DNA of 64,000 nt from Strigamia acuminata (taxonomy: Eukaryota), in contig OX442314.1 of NCBI GenBank assembly GCA_949358305.1, positions 20,894,001-20,958,000 of the forward strand. The letters are read 5' to 3'. The translations under genes and the position numbers were made by a program. The notes below the pieces were generated by a model. That model saw only the letters and a program-made list of their open reading frames with translations. It made no database searches and was not told the origin of the DNA. Each line of letters starts with the position of its first letter. The first letter of the stretch is position 1. Of the stretch, positions 22,404 through 36,420 are shown piece after piece.

Positions 22404-23206
22404 TTATTGGCCGAAACAGCTTTGTAGCTATTTTGGTCATCGGTGGGTAGAGTAACATCAATAGATTTAGATCGCTGTGTCTTGGGAACTTCCAACGAAT
22501 TCGAATTGGACCCAAAATTAGCATCGATAGACGCTGATCTCTGCTGTTTAGGTAAAACGGGAACCTCGAGAGACACCACCGTAACTCCAGCCACTGACGA
22601 GCTCCCGGAGCTACCAAAAAGCGAATCTTGATCCGAAGGACTGTGGATGACCAACGGTAACAATTTCTCTCCACTGGGACTGTTAGGCGTCAAAGTCACC
22701 AAAATGTTACGACTTCCGGCCACATTGCTCTGCTCTTCCGGCGTGTTTAGCAGGATTTCTTCCGATTCGGAATTGGAGGTCAAATCAAACGAGCTGTCGT
22801 CCGGCGAAGAGGAGGAGCAGCAGCGTAGCTGAGTAGGTCTCAGCGGTCTTTCCAATTCCAACTGTTCCAGCTCTTCGAGATAAGTGCAGTGAACGCAGCC
22901 ATTTCCTCCACTTAAACTTCTGTCCCCAGAAGACCGTCGTCGGGAAATCCAGCGGGGGACATCTAGCAGGGCAGACTCTTCAGCGGGCGGCGAAGTGGTG
23001 GCTGAATCGAACGATTTTGAGCGCTGACTCTTCACTCCTCCGGGAATATTGAGAAATTTCTCCACGTTCGTGTTGTTCTTATCAAACTCGATTTCGTCGA
23101 AAGAAGCGGAACGAACTTGTTTTGGTACTTCAAGGCTGTTCTGCTGCTTCATGTCGGCGGCAGTTGGTGTTCGTGAACGTGTAAAAGTAGCACGAAACTT
23201 CGGCAT
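22404..23206 (-). CDS. rdgA: Diacylglycerol kinase first coding exon (long Ser-rich N-terminal isoform)
   Basis: ATG at 23206, 267 codons + 2 nt, donor AA|gtacgt. Phase 2 matches the exon starting at 11027. The N-terminus (RSRTPT..MK..SLEVPKQVRSASFDEI) resembles arthropod eye-specific DGK isoforms as I recall them. The exon is more GC-rich than its flanks. Confidence 0.85.
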
Positions 23207-23773
23207 TTAGTTCTCGAACGAGACACCTGGTGTCAAATTATGTCCCGTTTAAAATCCACCATTCTTAGCCCATTGTTTCGCCTTCGTCTTAGTTCGTGCT
23301 CTGCTCTTTCAACATTGCTGCAAGCACGCGGCGTCCCGACTGCCAGCTGCCAACAGCAAACTTAGGTCTACACGCACACGCCAACTTCGATCTCCCGCTG
23401 CATCTTGGGATACATTATTACAATGCATCATCGTGTGCGATGCCTCTTTGTTTTTGCCCTTTCTTTTCTCCTTTTTAATGATATCTCGACTCCTACATTT
23501 CGTTTCTAGATCAACAAAAGTTTACTTTTAAGTCACGATTCAAGAATTAGCGAGGTGCTTAAGCGGTTAACAAGTCCAGTATACAGTACAGGTGAAAGTG
23601 GAACAAGGAAGAGAACTGACTGACTTTGTGGTCGTTTGCAGTTAAGTGAACATCGACCAGTGGTGGTCAAGCCTCACTTATCATTAAGGGATCAGGTATT
23701 TGTGCCTTGACTTGCTTGGCTTGATTTATTTGTCGTTTGCTTTATTCCCCAACATGTGCCCACCCAAGTTACA

Positions 23774-23810
<37 letters not shown>

Positions 23811-24703
23811 GCCTACGAGAATAATTAACTTTTACAATATTATAAGAGTTTAATTTTCCTTCCATCTTTTCAATTTAAATTAGAATTAGATATTGACTTT
23901 TAGAAAAATAATATTGCATAATAATTGGAAATTCAATATTCAGAATAAAAAAATAAAAAATAAAAGCGCATTTGAAAATTGATTTAGAAGAAAACGAAAT
24001 GCATTTACTGGGTAGTAATTGCACCTTAAAGCCTAGTGCAACCTCTGAATGAGGTGAGTCGTCTCTACTGAAGAGAAAACTGCGGGTGGGGCAGAAGTGA
24101 GCAAAGAGGGATCTGCGAACATGTTTTTCAAGTGGAAAAAGTTGCCTATAAAAAATAAGTAAATCTCAAGATGATTGCCATTTAGTTAAAGTGAATATAC
24201 TAACTTAGCTGGGCACAACTGAGCGAACTGAGTTTATTCACTTTCCCGTCACAACGTGCAAGGCTTTATTTAGTCAGTATTTTATTCAAATACGAGAGTA
24301 ATATTAAAACTGAATTTTTCAGAATAAACAGCTTCAAAAAGGATGTCTACTGCCTCAATTGTGTAGTACAGTTTCCTCCTTATTTCACACAAGAATTGCG
24401 GAATTGTAAAAAATCATCTTTGAGATTTTGACATACAGTGAGGGATCTCGTTAGCATGCAATTGCCCTGAAAGCCTAGGGTCAATCTCAGTCTTGGCCCA
24501 TTTTGCCTCGAAAACATATGGAATGAAATCTCGTAGAAATGAAATTGCAAATTGATCCATTTTCAAGATTCAAAAAGGTCATTGCTAAATTATATCCATA
24601 TGGAACTATTGGCAGAATATATGAGGGCCCACGGTTATTCTGTGTAGTTTGCAACTCGATTTCAATGCACAGACTGTATAACCTTCAATTTGTAAAACTT
24701 CGA

Positions 24704-24867
24704 CAGCAGAGCGTCGATTATCCGAAGGTCGGTCATAAAAACGACCGATTAACCGATTTCTTACTCGATTTTACTCGATTTTTAGTCCATTTTATCAAAT
24801 TTTTGAAGAAATCGATTTTATGAACACCCACGTCCCTCGATTAGTTCGAATAATAGACGCTCTACTG
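24704..24867. mobile_element. pogo/Tigger-like MITE
   Basis: TIR CAGCAGAGCGTCGATTATCCGAA / TTCGAATAATAGACGCTCTACTG|TA. Confidence 0.6.
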
Positions 24868-25507
24868 TATATCGAATTTGAAAAATCAATTTTCAATCTT
24901 AAAATCAAAGCCTTTTTCTTTTTAAATCCCCAACAAGAAATATGTGCTGTTCGAGTAATAACTCGGCTTTAAAGTTCATATAAAAACAACTTCATTAAAC
25001 TTGTTCTGTTGAGAACAATAAAACAAAAGCATCCCATCTGACCTCCCACCTCGATATAACCATAGCAACCGGATCATCTCAACAGAGGAAATAACCCCGA
25101 ACAAAAGCAGCCGGCAATATTTTTTCCATTACAACTGACATTTCATTTATCGGTGATTTAGAAACGAAACAAAGAAAAAACTAGTAAAACCTTCCTTTCT
25201 TTTATACATCAAACACTATCGGTGTAATTCCCTTTTCATGTTATATTCAAATATCTTCCCAGTATAAAAACCAATTTCCTGACTGCGCAGCAATTTCATT
25301 TTTTCTCCTCATCTAAATTAATTATTTTGAAATCCTCCTGATGTCAACCTCAAGCATTATGTTGCACAAAAAAAGAAAAGCTTAAAAAAAAAGTGAAATC
25401 CAATTAAATCGTGTAATAAAACACGATTCATCAACGCTCTAACTTGAGCAGATATTGAAAAACTCTAACCTAACATTACTCCAACATTGCGTTTAAACCA
25501 GCAGTTT

Positions 25508-25609
25508 AAGTGTATTTTAAGTTTTAACAAGGGTTTAAACAGGAAATGATGTCATTTTTGGTTTAAAATTGAAGTAAAACACAAAATATTTTAGTTTTTG
25601 AATGCAGCT
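25508..25609 (+). mobile_element. Truncated copy of MITE family B
   Basis: About 100 bp nearly identical to 36084-36184. Confidence 0.75.
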
Positions 25610-27799
25610 ACTGTAAAATGGCGGACCGCAGCCTCTTGCTCGTGGACCAGTCCCAGTCCGCGGACCACCACCGTTTAATAATTTCCAAAACAAAATAATA
25701 ACAGAAATTTGTCGTTTAAGCAGCTCGAAAATTGTCCTAACAGTATGTGGTATATATCTGAAGACAAGAAATAAGCCTTTAATTACACAATAACGTTCAA
25801 CTCAGTCATTATTTTTGCTTGATGGCTTTAATACCACATTAAAGTATAAAATTTAAAGATAACGCGCGCATAAAACGTTTATCTCGATTCAAAACAAAGA
25901 ATCATAAATTAACTAGTAAATAGACCGTGAAATTTCATCGACCACACCAATTTTCCCAACCAAGTAACCAAGTAACCACGTGACCTTTCTAATTTCTATT
26001 TTTGAAAGCAACTGCGAACCAAAGTGTAATGCCGTGTACTTCTCAAGCTGTTAATGCTGCAATCACAGTCGCCGTGTGATTATTGCTGTTAACATGCAGT
26101 GCAGCCAGCCTGTTTGTTTCCCATTTAATTAACATTTCTCGCCTTTATACTAATACAACACTTATCTTCATCACACAATCTCAGGTTGAGACCTTTAATT
26201 TGACACCAAGTTTGTCTTTATTCCCTTTCGCAAATAACAAACACGATTATGAAATCGAATAAATTGACTAATTAAAACAGACAATTCATGCAAATTAGAC
26301 GAGAAATTTCAAAGTAGAAAATCTATGCACGTTCTGGCAAGCTTCGGATGCACATTATCCCAAGAAAAATTTACAACTCTGAAAAAGTGCTTATCACGAA
26401 CGGAACGTGACTTCAATGCCAATTGAGTTTCAAAAGGAAAATGCTAACGATGTTTAACTAGCATTCAAATTGGCGAAACTCTTCACGTCATCTTCAAATT
26501 AATCACGCACCAGACGACCTATCACAAACACACTTTCGCACCAACCGCATCCCCTCTTCCTTTGGAGCCGTTTGTTCGCCATCAAAGGGTAACATCTTAA
26601 TTAGACGAGCTTGACCCGAGGCCAACAAGGCGGCATGTGGATCGACCACTCATGAACCCTGGACATCACAGCTTCTTATGAATAGTGCTATGAATAGTGC
26701 TCATAATACATCACTCGATCAAAAAATTTCAAAACCTAATTGAGAGGAAATCAAAACAAATCCTATTCCGGATTGGGATTAAGCCAAAATGTAAATGACA
26801 AAAGAAATATGAAAAAAGAAGATAAGAGGGGAAAAAATTGCGGACATGAAAATGCCATTGCAGGTTCTCGCATTGTGTCAACAAAAGAGAAGAATGAATA
26901 GGCAACTACAATAATGAGACTTTGTAATGAATGGATAGAGAATCCCATTCAGTCTTTGAAGCTAATCTAATCAATGGGTTCATTTTGATGAAACCAATTG
27001 TCCGTAAAACCCAATTAAAATAAGCAGTAATTGTTACTTTTATTATTAACATGCAAACATTAATTACCCTTTAATAACGTGATGCATTGCAGCTAATATT
27101 TAATATCAGATCAGTGACGATTACTCATCAAATAAACGTCAAAAATGCAACACAAGACCTTTCAGAATTCGTTTCCAACTTATTTTTTAAAGTTAAAAAT
27201 TGATGACCATGTTTTTTTTACACTGCTAAAACCTTTCTTGTGTAGTTTCAGTAGTCTGTAACGTGATTTATGCATCCAAGCACTGGAAAGATCTAAGGAG
27301 TTGTTGTCAAATAAGATACTTGACATTCTACCCATGAATGTTTTGTATAGCAAAACTCCAAGTAGCCACGCGAGGCCCAACTATTTTTGCATACAAAAAT
27401 AACAAACAACAAATAATGCGCCCATAAATTTTGCATATCAAAAAAATATTCCCGTTATTACAAGTTGTTAGAACTGAGAAAAGAAAGAATTCCAAAAGCA
27501 CAACATCTGGTGTGTCTAAAACTCACAATCAGTGGAAAGCCATTAAAAAAGAAAGAGATAGGTTAAATTAATCGTACACTTTATCTAAATTGCTAAACTA
27601 AACTAAACTTTCTTTATCCAAACTTTTTATCTGAAATCGAAGCAGATCAAACGGTTTAAAGGATTAATCTTTATGTTGGTCAGTCTGCATTATCATGATT
27701 GAACAAATATCTAGCAATCTCCCATACGACCCAAAGGACAGAACTGCTAAATTTTATTGTATGCTCAACTAAAGCTCAATTTAATGCGTTTATTTAGAC

Positions 27800-27972
27800 G
27801 AGCATTTCTCAAACTGTGGGACGCACCCCACTGGGTTATAAAATAACTTCTTCTGGCTAGTCAATAAGTACTGTAATACTAAAAAAAGTCAATGTGCCAG
27901 AGATGAAGTGGGTCGCGATACACTGCCTTTCTAAAAATGTGCCGCGAATGTTAAAAAGTTTGAGATCCCCTG
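27800..27972. mobile_element. hAT (Buster/Charlie-like) MITE
   Basis: Perfect 8-bp TSD ATTTAGAC on both sides. Ends are GAGCATTTCTCAAACT / AGTTTGAGATCCCCTG. Confidence 0.8.
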
Positions 27973-29429
27973 ATTTAGACGTGTCACTTTTAAACTGCTT
28001 TGCGCTAAGTGTCAATTTGAGCATTGAGATGAGTAAAATTAAATCCCTGAATCTGGAAAGTTGCGCAGAAATTGATGCGCTCTGCTGTCAGAATTAGATA
28101 AAAATTATTTATGTACAAAGTTTGCTAACATCAGTTTTTAATCTGTAACTTTTCCATTTAATCTGACATGTGAATGCAGATTTAGTTGTGCATCTGTTGT
28201 TGGAATTGCAGCAAACTTAAGATAGACATCATGGCATTGTGCATGGAATTGATTTAGGAAATATTACTCAACTATTGAATTGGTTTTTACATTGCTATAT
28301 TCTTTGGCATTTATCACACAGATTTCTCCACTTTAAAAGCACTTTCCCAAACTGCAATTCTCAAAAACACAAACATTTTCAGCAATTAGCCAATGAAATG
28401 GTTAAAGCTTCCCATTCATGCACTAAGTAAATTACACTGCCGCTTTAACACTTTTATGTATGAAATGTCACATTTGCCCCCCGTGTGAAGTTCCCCCAAA
28501 ACCCTATTAATGCACCATTAGCATTAGTCGACTTATTAAAACAAAAACCTAACCAACATTTTGATGCAGTTTTCACCGGTTAGTATGAATGGCGCTCTCA
28601 ACTTTATCTTAACTTTTTAGGTTTTTTCCTGTAAATATAGTTTCATATAATATTGAAATTTTTTGTTCCCTTCGCCTTGCGCTTTTTCCCTTTCATCTTT
28701 TGATATGTCGGAATTAGATGTCACCCGAATAAAATTTTTACATTATTTTTTTACATTATTTTTTACTAGACGCGGCATAAATAAATATTTCCCATTCTCC
28801 ACTTACAGTAAGACAACAGTCATTTTTTATTTGTGTTTTCTTACGCCGTAAATAGGAATATTTTTCTTCTCCAAAAATAATTTGAAAACAAGAAAAAAAA
28901 ATCTATAAGCATATTTTTTTGATGCAAAAGTCAATAAATAAATAAATACAATAAATAACAGAACAGCAAATTAAAGAAGAAAACAAAGGTTGACTGAAAC
29001 TGTAAAGAATGGGGCACGCCGCATCCATTAGTGCAGAATTATGCCGCTGTGGTTAACTATTGACTCTTCTTACACGTGTTAGTATACATCGATTGTACAG
29101 GATAAATTAGTTTTGATTGGAAATGACAAACAGTTCGCTAATTAAAGCTATTTCCCACAAATTAGGCAAGTGAGCACTGACTGAAAAAGGCCGAACAGTA
29201 TAAATCCCAAAAATTCCCGCCCTGGACATTATCCGCAAATCTCCCGATTGCTAGTCAGATCAAAAGATGCATTAACAGTTATGCTATCAGAGACTCGACC
29301 CATTGGAACAGAAAGCTCTTAACAGTCACTATTGTAAATTGGAGTATCTGATAACACCTGACCAGTAATTGAGAAATCACCTGTCTGGGATTTTCCTAGT
29401 TCTATTTGTCTTCTTCAGTCAGAATAACA

Positions 29430-29547
29430 ACGTTCAGACTCCGTTTATTACATTAAACAAATGTAACAAACGAAAAACCAAAATTGTAATTTCTGACAAA
29501 ATGGCAGTTTTGAATAAGAGCCGCGGCTCTTAATCAATAAAATACGG
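29430..29547 (+). mobile_element. Right half of MITE family C
   Basis: Strong similarity to 44785-44903, including TTACATTAAACAAATGTAACAAACGAAAAACC and the terminal ATAAAATACGG. Confidence 0.75.
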
Positions 29548-31074
29548 CATGGCTTGTATTTGAATTATAGTGTAATTATTTAATTGGTGCCTTATGGAAT
29601 TTGTAAAACGTCACGTCTGCGTGACGTAATTTCTTGTATTTAAAGAGAACTTCAGGAAAATTGCTAAGAAGAAAAAATTCTCATCCAATTTACCAATTGT
29701 AAGAATTTACAGATTGTTTGTTGTGTTTTTAGCGCCATCTCTTGATGGGAATTTTTTTTTCTATCGTGGCATTGTTGTTGCTTGTTGTTACTTCCACTAC
29801 ATAGATGATGTTGGATTGTCCTCTTTAACGTAGTTCTGCGTCAAAAAGCCTCAATTACTCTAATGGAAGCGTAAAAATCTACACATCTCTATGTTGTATT
29901 ATATTTTTAGCACAGCAGTTCGCATCCCCAGACGAGTTGTTGCGCCTTAAAGTATTCATAATTTCTATGTCATTAATTTTCAAAAGATTTTGGAAAATTC
30001 ACAACCATATTTATTATTAACATCTACAACAAATTCTAAAAACATACTAATATCTACGATTGGCTCACCATGCTGGTCACCTGTTCGCAATTCAACACAA
30101 AAGTTAAGCAGCATTAGACCTACTCAATCTCATCCATGTCTGTAAGGCAACAACATCTGCCACCCACCTCCATCCATGTTTTCTGTACTATGGTTTGTCC
30201 TGTGGTTTGTACTATTTTCATGTAATACTAGCTTCATTCGAAAAGTCAGTTAGACTAAACAGCATATTTGTTTTTTTTTAACTGCTTGACTGACTTAGTC
30301 TACTTTCAGTCGCATTTAAACCAGCAAAATGTGTTCAATGCAATTTTAAACTGACTTTTCAAATGCAGATATCTTTCATATCTACCCCACTTAAGGTTGA
30401 CTAAACTTATTGTTCTTCAACAACAAACAACAATCTCCTTTTTCTTCTTCTAAATTCAAACAATTATTTTGCAATTTTAGAGTTGTGTGATTCTATTGTT
30501 GAGCCACGCTTTGTTTACATCAGCAAAATTAAATGCTAAACTCAATGACTACAGACCAGACGATTGTGCTAAGTTGGAATCAATTCAAGCCCTAACACTT
30601 GCACTTAACTTTATTGCAATGAATAAACCATTAGAAGAATCACTAAGCATCATTTAAGTTCATCTTTCTTTCTTTTTTCCTTTTTAAATTCGACGTAATT
30701 AAGCTATAAAAAGTTGTAAAACGTAAACAAATTCCAAATAGAATTGTCAACCATCGATTCTTAACACGGCTCAATGGCGAAACATAAAACACTCCAGACG
30801 TAGAATTGAATCACAAGCCTCCTGTAACCCAGAGAAATGTATTACCGCTGTGCGACCACCAGCTATTTTCTTTTTAATCTCGAGAATTGAAGGCCGACAA
30901 TTCTATTCCACGTTGTTTGTGAACAATTTTGAACCATTAGCATTTATATTGTTTCATTATGTTAAACATATGCTAATGCAAGTGGAAAAAACATGCCATT
31001 AAAAACTAATAGTAAAATCATTTGTTGTGTATTTATTCTATACTGTTATGCTCACACATTGTAATCATTAGATC

Positions 31075-31200
31075 CATTCATAAAGTTAAACATGTTTTGT
31101 TGTTTAAATATCTGAATACAGACTAAATCGGCCGCCATTTTTGAAGTTAGATCGAGGCAAGCAGTTTAAAACGCTGTTTAAATATGTTGTTTAGTCTAAA
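31075..31200 (+). mobile_element. MITE family A, copy 2
   Basis: Contains the family core CAGACTAAATCGGCCGCCATTTTTGAAGTTAGATCGAG. Confidence 0.75.
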
Positions 31201-34200
31201 CGACTACTGTTAAAACGTTTGTTATTGTTATCTCGTGTAAATTTCTCATTGGAGCCGAATTTAATTCACTATACTACAATGTAAAAATAATTCAGAATTC
31301 TCTGATAAGTTATTCCGTGTACATAAGGCTTAAAATTATATTACAATATTCATGCGACTACAAAAACAAACAAAGCTAACGGTGTCGTGTCGCATCGCAT
31401 CGCATCGCATCTCATCCAGCCCGTCTCCACTCTTGATATTAAAATGCATGAAATATACCGAGATAATTTTCCAACATCTACTGCATGTATTATTTATAGC
31501 ATCACCTTAAAGCATTCCAAGTTGAAGTGAGAGGCGACTTTCTAATCAGTAATAAGGTGTTAGTAATTGCAATTTACAGTTAATTTGATTCGTTGTTGCT
31601 TTCAACTTCTGCTTCAAATGTCATGAAATGTAACCTCGATAGTCTCCCGAGAGTGTCAAAACAATAAAACATACAAGTTACTTCTAAATGAGTAAATTTA
31701 CTAAATAAACATCCATTAACAGAGCACTTCCCGTCATTGCACAAAGCACTAATCATAAATTTGTCACTTTGTTCTGCAGTTTTGTTCAATATCATCATCT
31801 CACTTTACTAAATTGTGTAACACATTTTGCACTTTAAACATGTTTTCACAGCGAAAAAAATAATTACACGATACATAAATTTCAAGCCACGTGCCTAAAA
31901 AAAATATTTTCGACAACATTGTCTGAGCAAATTAAGGGGTAAACTACTCCACTAATTTACTATTAAAAACAATTATACTGCTAAAAATAAGCCGGGGAGA
32001 TGCCAAAAGGAAATTACCACTTTTCATTTTCAATTCCACCTCTTCAAACTGCTAGACACAAATTAAAAGCTCGTAAACGATATTTGCATTAACAAAACTT
32101 CATTAACTGCACAAGTATCAACAAAATTTCTAATCCATATTGAATGCAAAACCGTCTAATGTGGGAATTACTAGTTCCAAAGGACAGGTGTTGCGTGTTG
32201 TTTATTAAATTAATTTATGCAAGGCGCTTAAAGTGAATGAAGATTACAAAACCCAAACATCTTCTCTTCGTTCCACAAAAAGTTAAGCCCAAATGTAATA
32301 ACAATAAATAAATTAAATGACATTATTTTTGGTCAATTATACATGCATGAGTGACAGCGAGTGTACACCACATGTGCCATCACGAGACACAAAACGATTA
32401 ATGTATTCATGAACATAGAAAACTCCACTTTTGGCTTCGCTCCAATTGAATTGTTAAACATTTTTAAATTTAAATTAATATTGTAAATTTCCAAGTAAAC
32501 AAACATCTTTATAGAAAAAAGTTGCTCATTTTTTGCCAATTCGTCGGCATAGAAACAAAAACAGAGTAGAAAAGCAATCGCTTGCAACTTGAAGAGGTAA
32601 AAAAAAGTCCTCATGGTCTGAAATTTTTTGCTGCACATGCTCAGCATTTTTAGCTTCCTGTTCTCAGAATTTAGGCATGTGGAAATGGCATTCTAGAATA
32701 CCGGTATATATTTTTTTTAATATATTTTTTTTTACATTTATTTGTCTTTAAAATATTTGAATAAATCGTTCTCGCATAAATCGATGTGCATCAAAACAAC
32801 AGAAAAATGTATTTGTGGCGATGTTGATTTGCCAATAAACCATAGTCACGGTTTTCTCTATCTGTGCCAAAATGCCAAAATGCCAAAATCCATGTCTGCA
32901 GTCTGCACACACACAAGTCCAAACCCAACAAATACATAATAGAAATAACACCCCCGATAACGGTGTGATATAGAATTTTAAACTATCGCGTTTTCATGCG
33001 CAAAAAAATGGAATTTAGTGCTTGAATTTGGCATCAAGATGCCGGGCGTAGACTTTAGAAAGTTCTGCAGTACGAGCTATCACCCACTGTGCAATTTCCT
33101 GGCAAAACGGGAAAAGATAAAATTTTAAGATATCTAATGCAAGAGCTTTGTATGCACAATGACAATATCAAAATTCATATTCAAATATCATGTATTATTA
33201 AAAAGATAAGCATGATTCCAAAAAGTACTATTTTTTACATTATTTTAATCAGCTCGCATAATAAAAAACTAAATAGGAAAAAAAGATGTTTGGTTTCGCT
33301 TCTCTTCCCCATTACAAAAGAGCCATCAACACAAACCTGAGGTAACAAGCATTGGGATTAATTTTGCTCACAAAACAAACCAAAATTGTGATTTGTGAAA
33401 AACCATTAGAAAAGTTTAATACGGTCCAAAACTAAGAATTTAGTTTAATTTGAGCCACAATGTGAGTATATATGGGACCATTTTAGAAATTCCCCCCGTT
33501 CTTGCTATATGAAATGAAACCTCAAATTGCAACAGGAACTATTACCATCCCATTTACGGCTGTTCTTTCTGCTTTATTGTATTATTCGCAGTTCGCCAAC
33601 GACCCGAAATTCCAACAAAATGCGCAAACTACAAAATTATTACTTTTTTTAATAATACAATGATTTATAGCGAGAGAATTACTGTTCGTGTGTCATTTCC
33701 TTGGGCCAGAGACATTCTTGCAGCCATTAGAGTCTTATATTGGACAAATAGAACTTCATGAATGACCTGGCATTTGGTCGCACAATGTATGGCCCCAATT
33801 TAAAGCGTAAAATAAAACGCTGTAAATTTAAATTTAAATGAAAAATTACTTTGCCATTGTCACATTCTATATTATAATAAATATATAAACTAGAGACCTG
33901 TTGAAACAATTAATTAGGCAGAAGATATAAAGATGACATGACGAGCTGTATTTCACACTGAACAGTGTAAACAAACTGTCAGATTATACGAGTTGCCATC
34001 ATAAGTAATAACGCGCAGTGCTCAGCTTTTGTTTATATTAAAAAAGCAGCTTGCAATTTTCTGAATGTTGCACTGAGAAAGCAAACATTGCCCCAAGACT
34101 TTCGGTTTAGGATCTCTTAAATTTGGCATTGTAAATTATTACCTTTTTTGTTAAAATGAATTTTACCTGCTGCAATCAATAAAACATGCTGCTAAGTTCA

Positions 34201-34361
34201 TTACACTTGCTCAAGTCTTGCTTGAGTAAAAAAGTAATCATTTATTTCAAAAGAGTTTGACTGTTCAGGCAACGTTCCAAAAAAGGACAGCAGAAAGAGA
34301 AAAAAAGTTGATATCATTTCATGTCACGCTTTTATTTGTGTCAAAAAAATATATATCTATA

Positions 34362-34774
34362 CTCGAGTTGCACTCAAAAAGGCACCTCACAATGTGTACT
34401 CCCATTGGTCGAGCCAGTTTACTGGTGTAGTGATCTGGAAAAGTAGACCCAAACACCAGAACTGCATTACAATGTACAGACATTGTAATCGATTGCCTAG
34501 GCAACGGCCTAAAATTCAAACTTCCAGATGATGTAAGCAATAAACACAACAAACATGAGTTTGACATTTTTTAATGTGTGAAACTTCATTTTAATGATGG
34601 AAATAACATTTTTTATAAAATAAAATCAAAATAACATAAACTAAATTAGTCATAACAATCACAACAATAAATAAAAAACAAAACTACTTCTCCTAGTAGT
34701 AGTATACAGTCTGGAGTTAGTAGTAAACTGGCTCGACCAATGGGACTGAGGTGCCTTTTTGAGTGCAACTCGAG
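34362..34774. mobile_element. Tc1/mariner-type MITE with TA TSD
   Basis: TA|CTCGAGTTGCACTCAAAAAGGCACCTCA has a perfect complement at the right end. The inverted repeat continues with TCCCATTGGTCGAGCCAGTTTACT after an indel. Confidence 0.85.
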
Positions 34775-34901
34775 TATAATAATGTAGAATATACCACAAG
34801 TACAAATACTGAAATGCCAAAATGGTGTTATCTGAAAATACTGAAACGGCAAAGCAGTGGCCTAACTTCTATGGAGCAGGTGACAGGTAGGCGGTACCTA
34901 A

Positions 34902-35351
34902 TACCTTGTTCGCACCAGAAAATTTGAGCTAACCTAACGTTTGTATGTAGTTCTGAATATTGGAGCAAAAGCGTGGTCAGTTGATTGTCTATTTGCTACA
35001 CACTAGCCTGAATTTAGGGTGCAAACGCATTAGCCAAATCATTTTGTAGGCAAAATCATCCAACTTAATACTGTATAAGCTAGCCTACCTGTAGGGTTAT
35101 ACCTTGTTCGCACCAGAAAGTTTGAGCTAGCCTGGAATTTACATCGAGTTCTGGATGATTTAGCCTACAAAATGATTTAGCTAATGCGTTCGCACCAAGA
35201 ATCAAAACTCCATATATTGACCTAGACCTAGGCCTAAGCAATCAACTGACCATGCTGGGCACGAAATTGTGGGAAGTGATGCGTTCGCACCAAGAACCAG
35301 AACTAGATTTAAACTTTGAGCTAGCCCAAACTTTCTGGTGCGAACGGGGTA
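34902..35351. mobile_element. MITE-like composite with a duplicated left end
   Basis: TACCTTGTTCGCACCAGAAA occurs at ~34902 and ~35100, with one complement TTTCTGGTGCGAACGGGGTA ending at 35351. Internal GCGTTCGCACCAAGAA repeats. Confidence 0.7.
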
Positions 35352-36048
35352 TTGAGGCTACATTTGGCGCAAACAAGGTGTAAGGAGGCCGATGGCATCA
35401 GAGAGTTCAAAGAGGGGCAGAATAATACATAGAGAAAAATATATAAAAAGACCATCTCGTGAGCAGGAGGGCCCTTTTTTAACATTTTGATTAGGGGCCG
35501 AAAATTTATAGTTGCGGCACTACAACAAAGCCTAGAATCACAATAGCTACATTCAATCGTCAATGCTGACGACTTTCATTACTTTTATTGCTTGTATTAA
35601 TCATGACTCAAAAGAACCCATGAAAAAAAGCTATGAAAGTCGAGAAAAGTCATTTTAGCCTTCAAGATGGAATGCAGCAGCTACTGTTTAGAATGTTTGT
35701 ATTGCACGTAAGTATCCTCAATCCTTTCTATAGCTCTCTCAACAATGGCCTAGAGTGGCCCAGTGGCAGACAAAGCCAGCCGACTGTCGCTAGTGAGATG
35801 ATGCCATTATCCTTCGCACTGTGCGTGCTTATAAATACGCAACAGCATTCGTGCTTTTCGCCTCTCTATCGTCACCACAGAATGACAGTCTCCTGTCAAG
35901 CTGTGTTTTCGTAGACGCTAGACGCAGACACAGTGAAGTTGCAACGAGAGTGTTTGGAGAGGTGTTTGATGGTTCTAAGCCTGCTGCGGTATGACATACA
36001 AATCCAACCCTGACTTTGTTTCACTTTTGGTATGCATGTTTTACACTA

Positions 36049-36184
36049 GCTGCATTCAAAAATTAAAATAACAATTTTAGTTAAAGTGTATTTTAAGTTT
36101 TAACATGGTTTTAAACAGGAAATGATGTCATTTTGGGTTTAAAATTGAAGTAAAACACAAAATATTTTAGTTTTTGAATGCAGC
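36049..36184. mobile_element. MITE family B, complete copy
   Basis: TA-flanked TIR GCTGCATTCAAAAATTAAAATA / TATTTTAGTTTTTGAATGCAGC. Confidence 0.8.
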
Positions 36185-36244
36185 TAGTGAACTCCCTCTA
36201 AAACTCGTTTAAAATTATAAGCAGGTCTTACGCATGTTTAACTT

Positions 36245-36420
36245 TCAGTTAAGCATATTTTGTTGTTTAAATGTCGTGCGCAGGCCCACTACGAGTGAAA
36301 ACAGACTACGTAAATCTACGGCATTTTTTGAAGTTAGATTTCATTCGAAATTTCGAGTTTAAACAAACAGTTTATGTTTATAAATGTTCTACAACGTTTA
36401 GTCTAAATGGCATTACGAAA
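36245..36420 (+). mobile_element. MITE family A, copy 3 (diverged)
   Basis: TTGTTGTTTAAATGTCGTGCGCAGGCCCACT...CATTTTTTGAAGTTAGAT shared with the other copies. Confidence 0.65.
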
